64,000 nucleotides of DNA, taken from contig CACWJS010000016.1 in NCBI GenBank assembly GCA_902761275.1, positions 1,581 to 65,580 on the forward strand, read 5' to 3'. Position 1 is the first letter of the stretch. Every line of letters starts with the position of its first letter. Source of the DNA: an uncultured bacterium. Its GTDB lineage: Bacteria > Verrucomicrobiota > Kiritimatiellia > RFP12 > UBA1067. The notes below the pieces were generated by a model. That model was given only the letters and a program-made list of their open reading frames with translations. It ran no database searches and was not told where the DNA came from. Shown piece by piece: positions 46,901 through 54,255 of this stretch. The translations under genes were made by a program, and so were the position numbers.

Positions 46901-47017
46901 CTCTTCCCAGGCCTTTTCGAAGTCATATTCACCCATGGCAGCTCCATTCAGCGCGACGGCTACGACAAGTGCAGCGACAATACGCGCGATTCCCCTTCGG
47001 ACAGAAATTTCTTTCAT
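40991..47017 (-). CDS. bacterial alpha-2-macroglobulin family protein (2008 aa)
   Basis: Signal peptide, MG-domain-sized repeats, thioester-type motif FPHECCEQTFSRYY (CxEQ). Size typical of YfhM-type A2M. Confidence 0.8.
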   Translation of the reverse strand: MKEISVRRGIARIVAALVVAVALNGAAMGEYDFEKAWEEVAEAQRKGLPRTVTNKVEEIEREATAAQRWPEAARAFLVRERAMEEFTDEQTADWLPAFAASVDAKPAPLQAVLQLHLAHTYRDNSLRWRLGGKAPTKLDDDAAKDKMPPWSPEKIESTLESQFEKVFAFSDELKNQKLADWTALFDPGNYPESYGPTLFDFAVRDAVPFYWWIFPDWTLEKGIALYDALIAFHIADGNVDARAFAEIDRAEYIQSFDEKPEKECDAAFEKFLDGFIKEYDGKTEVVAIAAAKRADLMRQSTKPDLVAAHDLAAIYAKKYPDSPGGKMCANIVAEIEMPTLSVDVERNWCAPWPEITVEVENLSEVHFRLVSVSFDDLVSDLSMGSEIHNSTSRSATQDKYLKRTPAKEWKEVLPLKSGYEEQSFMLPVPSDLKPGHYVLYAAANEKFGADKLPLFAEYVTVTSLALAMRTGNGEFKGTVYLAESGEPVKGATVELWGYPEKGGRLQVLREKYVTDANGDFAAVVPDKNNYNSFNRYVRVLFDGNEVLSLGSEGSGYVYERDKTVEFIDLFTDRALYRPGQEIKVKGIAYHADPHTRDFRTQTQMHINLTLKDPNGKNVASVRFKPNKWGSFVHTFVAPSDRLTGRYTINAWYQLFDGRRGESNKQVNVEEYKRPKFTAQFEGAPEKAKLGEPVTVTGKALTYSGLPVQNAKVKWNVERRTRYPGWWRWFGGENDDGENFVDKGEVVTDENGVFKVMFTPVASPTADLSGDPSAWRASVWTEGEWHESGKPLVANVSLKSLAGAALPVRGTLKVYRLNSPARPVRKPAGEGCYGYDSDAKGPWDWKTWEQGEEVLSVEAKGEKLEKWTTELNLVAGAYRLAFETKDPNGKTVKDFDHVCVFDPASKSLGLAVPEFFCAEKGTVKVGETMRVYWGTGYESGFCRVKVTNNGKVIFNDWVIGNVGSWSSKLELEKGTIPLSNSNSKLELNREQGTAWYYELPIKDEHRGEIRIETTFLRENRLYCNGTTVNVPWDNKYLEITAEHLTSKLTSGAEETWKFKVSGPAEVLAFMYDRSLDAYKWHDVSLGFSSHFTPWTHYISTPQLANNVHELYHLDGRFPSMLQGINYCWPSWRIFPFMQGNAMMVRESVRGSIGAAFAGAPVMEEACEDMVCCAAAPAAERCFGDDDNASYKSAESKDENSADVAPRKNLKETAFFFPDLETDADGNVSFTFTAPDALTGWKLLMVAHDNELRGGIFRNDEIVTTKPLMCEPNPPRFAREGDDFLFPVKVTNTEDWEVGGDVCLMLGKLDADELDEPEFKNFHLASHESKTIEFRVSIPDGSPYLRYIAKATAISSPVTSVAVCGTPSGSPVSKTIVPFKKYTDGEEGVLPVLSRRILVREAVQLNARGNETKSFKLDNLLASKGSETIRHQDLTVRAVSRPAWYAVLSLPYLMEFPHECCEQTFSRYYANALGEFIANSDPRIRETFDAWKAAGAEALKSPLETNPQLKAIALEATPWVREAGHETAARARLGDLFGEDRLKGEQARCIEKLAVSRNGDGLWPWFPGGPSSSGITLYILTGFARLNFLAKYEYPNFFARATAALDREVAEDVKERLWNEEKLKIPFRVNGFDIRWLYLHSFAVVPAAKNEKDAKLFIDHIKKEWTDLGLESQALAAIALKRRGEVKVANEIMASIKERGVLSDELGMYWKRPYFFSSSVFAAPVSTQALIVEAFREVTKDEASAEACNVWLLKQKQTQDWTTTAATADAIYALMLGGGADLLAGDTLAEVTLGGVKVDHKSVLTGRAAVSAAQPVETGTGMWSVRFDSAAIKPEMGEITFKGAGEKGVSWGGVHWSYFEDVLKVRAHEPKALRIEKKYYKKTKGTEGTRLATIGEALEPGDEIVARLEITSDRTYEFVHLSDERPACAEPVDVLSKYRWQDGVGYYQSTKDTATHYYIDRLNKGVFVLETSFRVQQRGSFSSGIATIQCMYAPEFTAHSSAEPVRVGAK
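44060..44132. repeat. palindromic GGAGTTGGAG-family repeat embedded in-frame in the A2M gene
   Basis: gagttttgagttggagttcgagagtggaattgttcctttctccaactccaactttgaactccaac. Translated as GSWSSKLELEKGTIPLSNSNSKLEL. Confidence 0.85.
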
Positions 47018-47023
47018 GTCCGC

Positions 47024-47029
47024 ATTATA
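47024..47029 (-). promoter_or_regulatory. -10 box TATAAT (A2M, leaderless)
   Basis: + strand attata. ATG 47017 lies 6 nt downstream. TG is displaced by one position from the extended consensus. Confidence 0.45.
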
Positions 47030-47065
47030 GACAAAATTCCGCCGCTATGCAACGGCAAAAAACTG

Positions 47066-47920
47066 CTAAAGCGCCAGCAGCTCTTCGCGAAGAAGCTTGC
47101 AAGCAAGGGCCGTCGAGCGGCCAGTCGGATCGAGTGCGGGAGAGAGCTCCACGTTGTCGAGAGCGACCACATTCAGGTTCTCGCAGATCTGGCGCAAGTC
47201 GCCGAGAAGCTGAAGGAACTTGAACCCGCCCGCCTCCTGCGTTCCTGTGCCGGGAAATTCGGAAGGATCTAGGACGTCGAGATCGACCGTCAGGTAGACT
47301 GGCACATCGGAACCGATTTTCTTGATGACCTCCGGGAGCGTACCGTCCGAGAAAAGCTCTGTCGTGACATGTCCGTCCTTCATGAACTGCCGCTCGTCGC
47401 GCGTTCCAGAGCGTATACCGAACTGAAATATCCGCCCATCGCCGAGGATGTCGTGGCACCGCCTGAGGACGCACGCGTGCGAGAGCTGGACGCCGAGATA
47501 GTCCTCGCGCAAATCCGCGTGCGCGTCGAAATGGACTATATGCAAGTTAGGGTACCGCTTCGCTACGGCGCGTACGCTGCCAAGGGTAACGAGATGCTCG
47601 CCGCCAAGCAGAAACGGAATCTTCCCTGCGTCAAGGATCTCCGAAGCGCGCGATTCGATCATGTCGAGGGCGGTGTCAGGCGCGCCAAACGGAAGCTCAA
47701 GGTCGCCCGAGTCGAAGACGGAAGCCTCTTCGGCAAGGTCGCGGTCCTGAAGCATCGAATAAGTCTCTATGCCAAACGACTCAGTGCGCATCGCGGCAGG
47801 CCCGAAGCGCGTGCCCGGGCGGAAGCTCGTCGTGGAATCATACGGCGCGCCGAAAAGGACGACCTTCGCGTCGTCAAACGGCTTGTCGCACCCGATGAAC
47901 TGATTTAGCTGTGGTTCCAT
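47066..47920 (-). CDS. speB: agmatinase
   Basis: Ureohydrolase metal motifs GGEHLVT, HFDAHADL, DLDVLDP. Confidence 0.88.
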   Translation of the reverse strand: MEPQLNQFIGCDKPFDDAKVVLFGAPYDSTTSFRPGTRFGPAAMRTESFGIETYSMLQDRDLAEEASVFDSGDLELPFGAPDTALDMIESRASEILDAGKIPFLLGGEHLVTLGSVRAVAKRYPNLHIVHFDAHADLREDYLGVQLSHACVLRRCHDILGDGRIFQFGIRSGTRDERQFMKDGHVTTELFSDGTLPEVIKKIGSDVPVYLTVDLDVLDPSEFPGTGTQEAGGFKFLQLLGDLRQICENLNVVALDNVELSPALDPTGRSTALACKLLREELLAL

Positions 47921-47924
47921 GGCA

Positions 47925-48794
47925 TCAGCCGCGATGCGGCTCCTCGTCCCTCAGGATGTCGAGAACGTAGTTAGGAAGAGCGAACGCGCCGCGGTGAAGC
48001 GCGGTGTTGTAGTAGCGCGTAGGGATTCGCAGTCTGTTCCACCGCGCCTCGTCAAGATTGCCGATGGGGTGGTACTTCTTAGACGCGAAGCCGAAGAGCC
48101 AGTGACCAGAAGGATAGCTCGGGATGTGCGCCTGGTAGACGGTGGAAACCTTGAACTCCATCGCTATGTGCCTGTGAGCGTCGCGAACCGACTTCTGGTG
48201 CGCAGCGTAGAATGGCGACTCGTGCTGGTTGATGAGGATGCCGTCCTCGCGCAGCGCCTTGAAGCAAGTGCCGTAGAACTCGCGCGTGAAAAGGCCTTCG
48301 GCAGGGCCGTAGGGATCGGACGAATCGACTATCACGAGGTCGTATTCGTCCTTCTTGCCGCGGACATACCTTAGCCCTTCCTCGAACCAAACCGAGACGC
48401 GCTTGTCCTTCAGCTTCGAAGAGACGAAGGGAAGAAACTTCTTGGAAAGAAGCACCACGTCCTTGTCGACTTCGACGAGGTCGATCGACTCGATGGAGCG
48501 GTACTTCGTGAGCTCGCGTACCGTGCCGCCGTCGCCGCCGCCGATCACGAGGACGTTCCGCACTCGCGGATGAACGGCCATCGGCACGTGAGCGAGCATC
48601 TCGTGGTAGATGAACTCGTCCTTCTCGGTGATCATGAGACCGCCATCAAGGACGAGCACGCGCCCATAGGCGGGAGTGTCGAGGATGTCAATCTGCTGGA
48701 CAGCGCTTCTCTTCGAAGCGATCTGCTCGATCGTCTTCATTGAAAAGCGCACGTCCTTCGTGTGTTCGTCGGTATACCAGAGTTCAGTCTGCAT
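47925..48794 (-). CDS. speE: spermidine synthase
   Basis: LWYTDEH N-terminus, VLVLDG, VIGGGDGGTVRE, DSSDP motifs. Confidence 0.9.
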   Translation of the reverse strand: MQTELWYTDEHTKDVRFSMKTIEQIASKRSAVQQIDILDTPAYGRVLVLDGGLMITEKDEFIYHEMLAHVPMAVHPRVRNVLVIGGGDGGTVRELTKYRSIESIDLVEVDKDVVLLSKKFLPFVSSKLKDKRVSVWFEEGLRYVRGKKDEYDLVIVDSSDPYGPAEGLFTREFYGTCFKALREDGILINQHESPFYAAHQKSVRDAHRHIAMEFKVSTVYQAHIPSYPSGHWLFGFASKKYHPIGNLDEARWNRLRIPTRYYNTALHRGAFALPNYVLDILRDEEPHRG

Positions 48795-48797
48795 AAA

Positions 48798-48917
48798 AGA
48801 AAGTTGAAAAGTTGAAAGGTTGAAAAGTTGAAAGGTTAGTGGAAGTTAAGAGTTGAAAAGTTGAAAGGTTAGTGGAAGTTAAGAGTTGAAAAGTTGAAAG
48901 GTTAGTGGAAGAGTTGG
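48798..48917. repeat. octamer array (TTGAAA(A/G)G orientation) with 33-bp higher-order unit x2.8
   Basis: gttgaaaagttgaaaggttagtggaagttaaga at 48819..48851 and 48852..48884, with a partial third copy. Confidence 0.92.
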
Positions 48918-49334
48918 TCATGTTCGATGAGGATGTTTACATTCCTGCTTGACGTAGTCAATAGAATGTTCGGAATCGACAATAGACTTGATTAGATTGT
49001 ATACTGTCGCCGACACGAGCTTTGCAGCGCTATACAGCTCGTCGAACTCCTCCGCCGTTATATACCCAAGGTCACTTGCATGGTGAAGTAGAGAAGATAC
49101 CTCTGCCGCAGAACCTTTTGAAATCCAAAGGAATTTGACGAAGTCGCGATTCCCCCTGCGCTCAAAACCCTCAGCAATATTCGCGCAGACCGAGACTGCC
49201 GCACGGCGAATTTGGTCGCGAAAGCCGAAATCCCGTGCCATCTCACCGGTGGAAGAGATGCGATAGACAGCCAAGACAAGTTCCCGACCCTTTTGCCAGG
49301 CAACTATGTCCTCATATCGACTAAACGCAGCCAT
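48918..49334 (-). CDS. four-helix-bundle protein (23S rRNA intervening-sequence protein / Avd-like family)
   Basis: AWQKGRELVLAVYRIS...RDQIRRAAVSVCANIAEGFERRGNRDFVKFLWISKGSAAEV is the family signature. Visibly more AT-rich than its neighbours. Confidence 0.8.
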   Translation of the reverse strand: MAAFSRYEDIVAWQKGRELVLAVYRISSTGEMARDFGFRDQIRRAAVSVCANIAEGFERRGNRDFVKFLWISKGSAAEVSSLLHHASDLGYITAEEFDELYSAAKLVSATVYNLIKSIVDSEHSIDYVKQECKHPHRT

Positions 49335-49338
49335 CCCG

Positions 49339-49447
49339 CCCTTTCAACCTTTCAACCTTTCAACTCTTCAACTTTTCAACTCTTCAACTTTTCAACCTTT
49401 CAACTTTTCAACCTTTCAACCTTTCAACTTTTCAACCTTTCAACTTA
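49339..49447. repeat. octamer array, CAAC(T/C)(T/C)TT orientation
   Basis: ctttcaacctttcaacctttcaactcttcaacttttcaactcttcaacttttcaacctttcaac... Inverted relative to 48798..48917. Confidence 0.92.
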
Positions 49448-50926
49448 CATCAACACGTTGATGTAGTCGAGGTTCATGTCCTCGGTACCGGTCATGAAGC
49501 AGCCCTTCTCCTTCGCGAAGAGGATGTGCGCGAGGACGTCGGCCGTGATTCGCTCGCCAGGCGCGACGATCGGGATCCCCGGCGGATAGCTCATCACGAA
49601 CTCTCCAGCGACAAGTCCCGTAGACTCACGCATGGGAACGCGACGCTTCTTCGCGTAGAACGCCTCCTGCGGCGGCATCACGATTTCGGGGTCGATGTAT
49701 TCGTGGTCAAAAAGTCCAATGGGGCTCTTCTCTCGCAGACGCTTGATCTCCTCGAGCGCGGAAATAAGGCGCTCGATGTCCATCATGCGGTCGCCGCACG
49801 AGATGATCGCAAGGAGGTTACCGATGTCACCGAACTCAATCTGTATGCCGTAGTCGTCGCGCAAGTAGTCGTAGACCTCAATGCCGGCAAGACCGATGTC
49901 GCGAGTATGCACGGAAAGCTTTGTGCGGTCAAACGCAAAGACCGTGTCGCCGTCGACGAGTTCAGGGCCAAATGCATAGTAGCCGCCGAGGGCGTTTATC
50001 TCCTCGCGCGCATAGTCGGCGAAATCCATCGTCTTCTGGTACATCGCACGACCCTTGAAAAAAAGGTTCCTGCGGGCGATGTCGAGCGACGAGAGAAGAA
50101 GATAAGAAGCGGAAGTCGACTGCGTGAGCGTGATGACCTGGCGCACGTAGTCTGGATTGACAGGCCTACGCGTCAGCAGGATGGAGCTTTGCGTAAGCGA
50201 GCCGCCTGTCTTGTGGATGGACGCTGCCGCCATGTCGCACCCGGCTGCCATCGCGGAGATGGGCAGGTCCTCGTGGAAGTAGAAATGCGTACCGTGCGCC
50301 TCGTCTGCGAGGACGAGCATGCCCGCCTTGTGCGCGATTTCGACGATGCGCTTAAGGTCAGAGCAGATGCCGTAGTAAGTCGGGTTGTTGACGAGAATCG
50401 CCTTTGCCGACGGATGGGCGGCTATCGCCTTCTCGACGTCGGTGACGCTCATGCCGAGCGGAATGCCGAGACGGCGGTTGATGCCGGGGTTGACGTAAAT
50501 CGGCACCGCGCCGCAGACGACGAGTGCGTTGATGGCGCTCCTATGTACGTTGCGCGGCAGGATTATCTCGTCGCCGACGGAGCAGGTCGACATTATCATC
50601 GCCTGCACCGCCGAAGTGGTTCCGTTCACCATGAAGAACGCATCGTCCGCGCCGAAGGCCTCGGCCGCGAGCTGCTGCGCTTCCTTTATGACGGAGACTG
50701 GATGTCCGAGGTTGTCGAGCGGCTTCATCGAGTTGACGTCCATGGCGAGAGCCCGCTCGCCAAGGTATTCCGTCAACTCTGGGTTGCCTCGCCCGCTCTT
50801 GTGCGCGGGCACGTCGAAGTGCGCAAGCCGGTTTATGCGCTGGCGGTCGAGAGCATCCGCCAGCGGAGTTTGCCGCTGGCGGACTTTCAGTTCGTCTACC
50901 GCCCCCCCGGACGAGTTTCTTGCCAT
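49445..50926 (-). CDS. speA: PLP-dependent Orn/Lys/Arg decarboxylase (SpeA-type arginine decarboxylase likely)
   Basis: 493-aa ORF. PLP-lysine motif SIHKTGGSLTQSS. Operon context with speE and speB. Confidence 0.75.
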   Translation of the reverse strand: MARNSSGGAVDELKVRQRQTPLADALDRQRINRLAHFDVPAHKSGRGNPELTEYLGERALAMDVNSMKPLDNLGHPVSVIKEAQQLAAEAFGADDAFFMVNGTTSAVQAMIMSTCSVGDEIILPRNVHRSAINALVVCGAVPIYVNPGINRRLGIPLGMSVTDVEKAIAAHPSAKAILVNNPTYYGICSDLKRIVEIAHKAGMLVLADEAHGTHFYFHEDLPISAMAAGCDMAAASIHKTGGSLTQSSILLTRRPVNPDYVRQVITLTQSTSASYLLLSSLDIARRNLFFKGRAMYQKTMDFADYAREEINALGGYYAFGPELVDGDTVFAFDRTKLSVHTRDIGLAGIEVYDYLRDDYGIQIEFGDIGNLLAIISCGDRMMDIERLISALEEIKRLREKSPIGLFDHEYIDPEIVMPPQEAFYAKKRRVPMRESTGLVAGEFVMSYPPGIPIVAPGERITADVLAHILFAKEKGCFMTGTEDMNLDYINVLM

Positions 50927-50930
50927 CTAC

Positions 50931-51482
50931 TTACTTGAAGTAGCGGTTGTAGAGACCCTGGAACGCCTTGCCGTGGCGCGCCTCGTCCTTCGCCATCTCG
51001 TGGACGGTGTCGTGGATCGCGTCGTAGCCGAGCTCCTTCGCGCGCTTGGCGATGGCGAGCTTGCCGGCAGTCGCGCCGCACTCGGCCTCCATGCGGCGAC
51101 GGAGGTTCTCCTTGGTGGAGTCCGTCACGATGTCGATCGTCTTGCCGAGGAGCTCGGCGAACTTAGCGGCGTGCTCGGCCTCCTCGAACGCGATGCGCTT
51201 GTAGGCCTCGGCGACCTCGGGATAGCCCTCGCGGTCGGCCTGGCGCGACATGGCGAGATACATGCCGACTTCGCAGCACTCGCCGTTGAAATGGTCCTTG
51301 AGACCCTGCGTGACCTCGGCATCATCGACGATGCCGTCACCGACATGATGCTCTGCGACGAACTCAAGGCCGCCGCCCTGCTTCAGGAACTTCGCTCCCG
51401 GAACGCCGCACTGGGGGCACTTCTCCGGAGGATTCTCGCCTTCGTACACATACCCGCAAACGGGGCAAACCCACTTAGCCAT
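50931..51482 (-). CDS. reverse rubrerythrin (N-terminal rubredoxin-like + diiron ferritin-like domain)
   Basis: CPVCGY...CPQCG at the N-terminus, then ExxH diiron motifs ([18 protein letters not shown]). Confidence 0.85.
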   Translation of the reverse strand: MAKWVCPVCGYVYEGENPPEKCPQCGVPGAKFLKQGGGLEFVAEHHVGDGIVDDAEVTQGLKDHFNGECCEVGMYLAMSRQADREGYPEVAEAYKRIAFEEAEHAAKFAELLGKTIDIVTDSTKENLRRRMEAECGATAGKLAIAKRAKELGYDAIHDTVHEMAKDEARHGKAFQGLYNRYFK

Positions 51483-51518
51483 GTCTTTGTCTCCTTTTAG
51501 TTGTTGTTGATGTTGTGA

Positions 51519-51548
51519 ACTTTACCACATTTCAGCCGTCCGTGTCAA
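51519..51548 (-). promoter_or_regulatory. sigma70-type promoter TTGACA-18-TGGTAAAGT (rubrerythrin-polyamine operon)
   Basis: Minus strand reads ggaTTGACAcggacggctgaaatgTGGTAAAGTtcac. ATG 51482 lies 36 nt downstream with AAAGGAGA SD. Confidence 0.6.
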
Positions 51549-51556
51549 TCCTGCCG

Positions 51557-53287
51557 TCAGGCGTCGGGCCAAAGCTCGTGCGCCATCTCCCTCAGTTTGT
51601 ACTTCTGTATCTTCTGCGACGCCGTCATCGGGAAGATATCAAGGAAATGCACATACTTCGGGATCTTGAACCACGAGATCTTGTCCTTGCAGAACGCCTG
51701 CACATCCTCGGGCTTGAGCTCCACGCCGTCAGCAGGGATCACAAACGCCGCCGGCTGCTCGCCATACTTCTTCGAGGGGCAGCCAACGACCGCGACATCT
51801 TTGACGCCGGGCATCGTGCCGAGGAAGTCCTCGACTTCCTTGGGGCTTATGTTCTCGCCGCCGCGGATGATGAGGTCTTTGAGGCGTCCGGTGATGTAAT
51901 AGTAGCCGTCCTTGTCCATGCGGCCAATGTCGCCGGAATGGAGCCACCCGTTCTTGTCGATGCACTTCGCCGTCTGCTCGGGCATCTTGTAGTAGCCCTT
52001 CATGTTGTTGAAGCCACGGCAGCAGATCTCGCCGTCGGTATCGAGCGGAGCGATTTCGCCAGTCTCGGGGTCGATGATCGCAACCTCGACGCCGGGAAGC
52101 GCCTGACCGATCGTCTGGCACTTGCGCTCAATCGAGGGTTCGAAATAGCGCGTCATCGTCATCACGGGACCCGACTCGGTGAGTCCGTACGGGTTCGTGA
52201 TCTCCTTCATGAACATGCGGTCCTGCGCCTGCTGCATGCGATGGACAGGGCACGCCGAACCCGACATGATGCCGGTCCTGAGCGACGAGAAGTTGAACTC
52301 CTTGAAGCGCGGATGGTCAAGCATCGCGATATACATCGTAGGAACGCCGTATGTCGCAGTGCACTTCTCGCGCTCAATCGACTTCATAACGAGAAGCGGA
52401 TCGAACTTCTCGAGGAACACCATCGTGGAGCCGTGGTTGACGCAGCTCATCACGCCGAGGACACAGCCGAAGCAGTGGAAGAGCGGCACTGGGATGCAAA
52501 CGCGGTCGCGCGAGGAGAGATTCTGGCACGCGCCGATCCAGAAGCCGTCGTTCGCGATGTTGCGGTGGGTGAGCTGCACGCCCTTCGGGAAGCCAGTCGT
52601 GCCGCTCGTGTACTGCATGTTCACGACGTCGTTCACGTCGCACTCCGCCTGACGCGCGATATATTCCTCCTGCGTCACCTCGCACGCGAGCGACTTCACC
52701 TCGTTGAGCGAGTACATGCCGCGGTGCTTCTTCGGCCCCAAGTAGAACATCCGCTTGAGGTGCGGGTACTTCGCGCTCTTGAGGGCGCCACGCGGGCACT
52801 CCTTGAGCTCGGGGATAAGCGAGTTGATGACTTCGATGTAGTCGCAATCGCGGTAGCCGTCGATCACGAACAGGTTCTCGGCGTCCGACTGCTTGAGCGC
52901 GAAGTCGATTTCCTGGCTCTTGTAGTTGATGTTGAGCGGCAGGAGTATCGCGCCGATCTTCGCCGTCGCGAACATGAGGACGACCCAGTGGGGGACGTTC
53001 GTCGCCCAGAGCGCGACCTTTTCTCCGCGCTTCACGCCGAGCGCCATAAGCCCCTTCGCGACGTAGTCGACTTCCTCGGAGAACTCGAACCACGTGAGGC
53101 GGTAGTCGCGGTCAGCATAGACCACCGCATCGTTCTCGCCGCAGCGCGCGACCGTCTGGTCGAGAAGCTGGCCGAGGGTGTATTCGCGCGTGATAGGCAG
53201 GTTGTGCCACGGAACGCCCGTCGAGACGGACTGAGTGAACGGCGCCTTGCGCGGCGCTGTTCCAAATGGATCTGTCAGCTTGAACAT
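51557..53287 (-). CDS. AMP-forming acyl-CoA synthetase / fatty-acid--CoA ligase
   Basis: AMP-binding motifs MQYTSGTTGFPKGV, GYGLTE-like NPYGLTESGP, SGDIGRMDKDGYYYITGRLKD, and the C-terminal lysine region. Confidence 0.88.
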   Translation of the reverse strand: MFKLTDPFGTAPRKAPFTQSVSTGVPWHNLPITREYTLGQLLDQTVARCGENDAVVYADRDYRLTWFEFSEEVDYVAKGLMALGVKRGEKVALWATNVPHWVVLMFATAKIGAILLPLNINYKSQEIDFALKQSDAENLFVIDGYRDCDYIEVINSLIPELKECPRGALKSAKYPHLKRMFYLGPKKHRGMYSLNEVKSLACEVTQEEYIARQAECDVNDVVNMQYTSGTTGFPKGVQLTHRNIANDGFWIGACQNLSSRDRVCIPVPLFHCFGCVLGVMSCVNHGSTMVFLEKFDPLLVMKSIEREKCTATYGVPTMYIAMLDHPRFKEFNFSSLRTGIMSGSACPVHRMQQAQDRMFMKEITNPYGLTESGPVMTMTRYFEPSIERKCQTIGQALPGVEVAIIDPETGEIAPLDTDGEICCRGFNNMKGYYKMPEQTAKCIDKNGWLHSGDIGRMDKDGYYYITGRLKDLIIRGGENISPKEVEDFLGTMPGVKDVAVVGCPSKKYGEQPAAFVIPADGVELKPEDVQAFCKDKISWFKIPKYVHFLDIFPMTASQKIQKYKLREMAHELWPDA

Positions 53288-53288
53288 A

Positions 53289-53450
53289 AGAGTTGAAAAG
53301 TTAAAAAGTTGAAAAGTTGAATAGTTGAATAGTTGAATAGTTGAAGAGTTGAAGAGTTAAAAAGTTGAATAGTTGGACAGTTGGTCGATCGAGGGCTGAA
53401 GTCGCAGCTTTAACCTTTCAACCTTTCAACTTTTCAACCTTTCAACTTTT
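53289..53450. repeat. inverted pair of octamer arrays (TTGAA(A/T)AG block, 23-bp spacer, CAACCTTT block)
   Basis: gagttgaaaagttaaaaagttgaaaagttgaatagttgaatag...gttggtc / gatcgagggctgaagtcgcagc / tttaacctttcaacctttcaacttttcaacctttcaactttt. Confidence 0.9.
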
Positions 53451-53453
53451 CCC

Positions 53454-54020
53454 TCACACCGGAATGAACACGATGCCGTAGATAGACGCGGGCTTGCCGC
53501 CGATCGCCCTGAGCCCGTGGTTGACGCACGAGTTGTAGTAGGCCGTGTCGCCCGCCTTCAGGACCGTCTTGTCGGGGCCGTAGGTGAGCTCGACTTCGCC
53601 GGAGATGCAGATGATGAGCTCCTCGCCCTCGTGGTGCTGCACCGCGTCAACGCCGTCGGCTGCAAATTCGATGCGGAACGGATCCATGTGCCTGTCGGGC
53701 TTGCCGAGCGCGAGCGAGTGGCTTGCATAGCCGAGGACGTTCATCCCCTCACCCGCGACCTTGTTCGCCTCGATGTCGTCGGCGCGGGTGATGATCGGGT
53801 CGGGCTTGAACTGGTCGTCCATGAACGTGCCGATCCTGAGGCCAAGGGCGCGGGAGAGCTTTACGAGGACGCCGAGCGCGGGCATTACCTCGCCCTTCTC
53901 GATCGCGTTGATGACCTTTTCCTCGACGCCGGACTTCTGGGAGAGGTCCCAGATGCTCCAGCCGTGGTTCTCGCGGTACATCTGTATCCGCTTGCCTGCC
54001 TTGTTTTCCTTGCTGCTCAT
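53454..54020 (-). CDS. XRE-family HTH + cupin domain transcriptional regulator
   Basis: ORF 53454..54131 trimmed to ATG 54020 (MSSKENKAGKRIQMYRENHGWSIWDLSQKSGV is an HTH_3-type region). C-terminal cupin (HHEGEELIICISGEVELTYG). Confidence 0.8.
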   Translation of the reverse strand: MSSKENKAGKRIQMYRENHGWSIWDLSQKSGVEEKVINAIEKGEVMPALGVLVKLSRALGLRIGTFMDDQFKPDPIITRADDIEANKVAGEGMNVLGYASHSLALGKPDRHMDPFRIEFAADGVDAVQHHEGEELIICISGEVELTYGPDKTVLKAGDTAYYNSCVNHGLRAIGGKPASIYGIVFIPV

Positions 54021-54063
54021 GTTGCCTTTCGTTTTTCCGGTCCAGAATGTTCTGTCATTGACG

Positions 54064-54094
54064 AAAAAGCGGACCGCCCTTTTCCGCGATCCGC
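54064..54094 (-). terminator. intrinsic-terminator-like hairpin inside the 5' leader of the XRE-cupin gene
   Basis: Minus-strand RNA GCGGAUCGC-GGAAAAGG-GCGGUCCGC-UUUUU: 9-bp stem with one G-U pair. About 110 nt after the predicted TSS and 44 nt before the ATG. Confidence 0.55.
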
Positions 54095-54211
54095 TTTTCT
54101 CGTGCTTCTTGAGTTGGCCCCTTTCGATCAAACACTGGCCGCCTCAGCGGATCTGCACCCGTTAAGGAGAAGGCTAAGTCGAAGAAGGACAAACTTGTTC
54201 ATTGACGCGGT

Positions 54212-54220
54212 ATTATACCA
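54212..54220 (-). promoter_or_regulatory. extended -10 box TGGTATAAT (XRE-cupin leader)
   Basis: + strand attatacca, about 190 nt upstream of ATG 54020. Confidence 0.55.
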
Positions 54221-54255
54221 AAAATTTTCTGTCGTGTGCGCATGGATATGAAAAA

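Noticed and set aside
48798-48917. Possible CRISPR array (33-bp unit repeated about 3 times; other tandem arrays)
   Set aside because: The units are directly adjacent with no unique spacers, the basic period is 8 bp, and there are no cas genes in the window.
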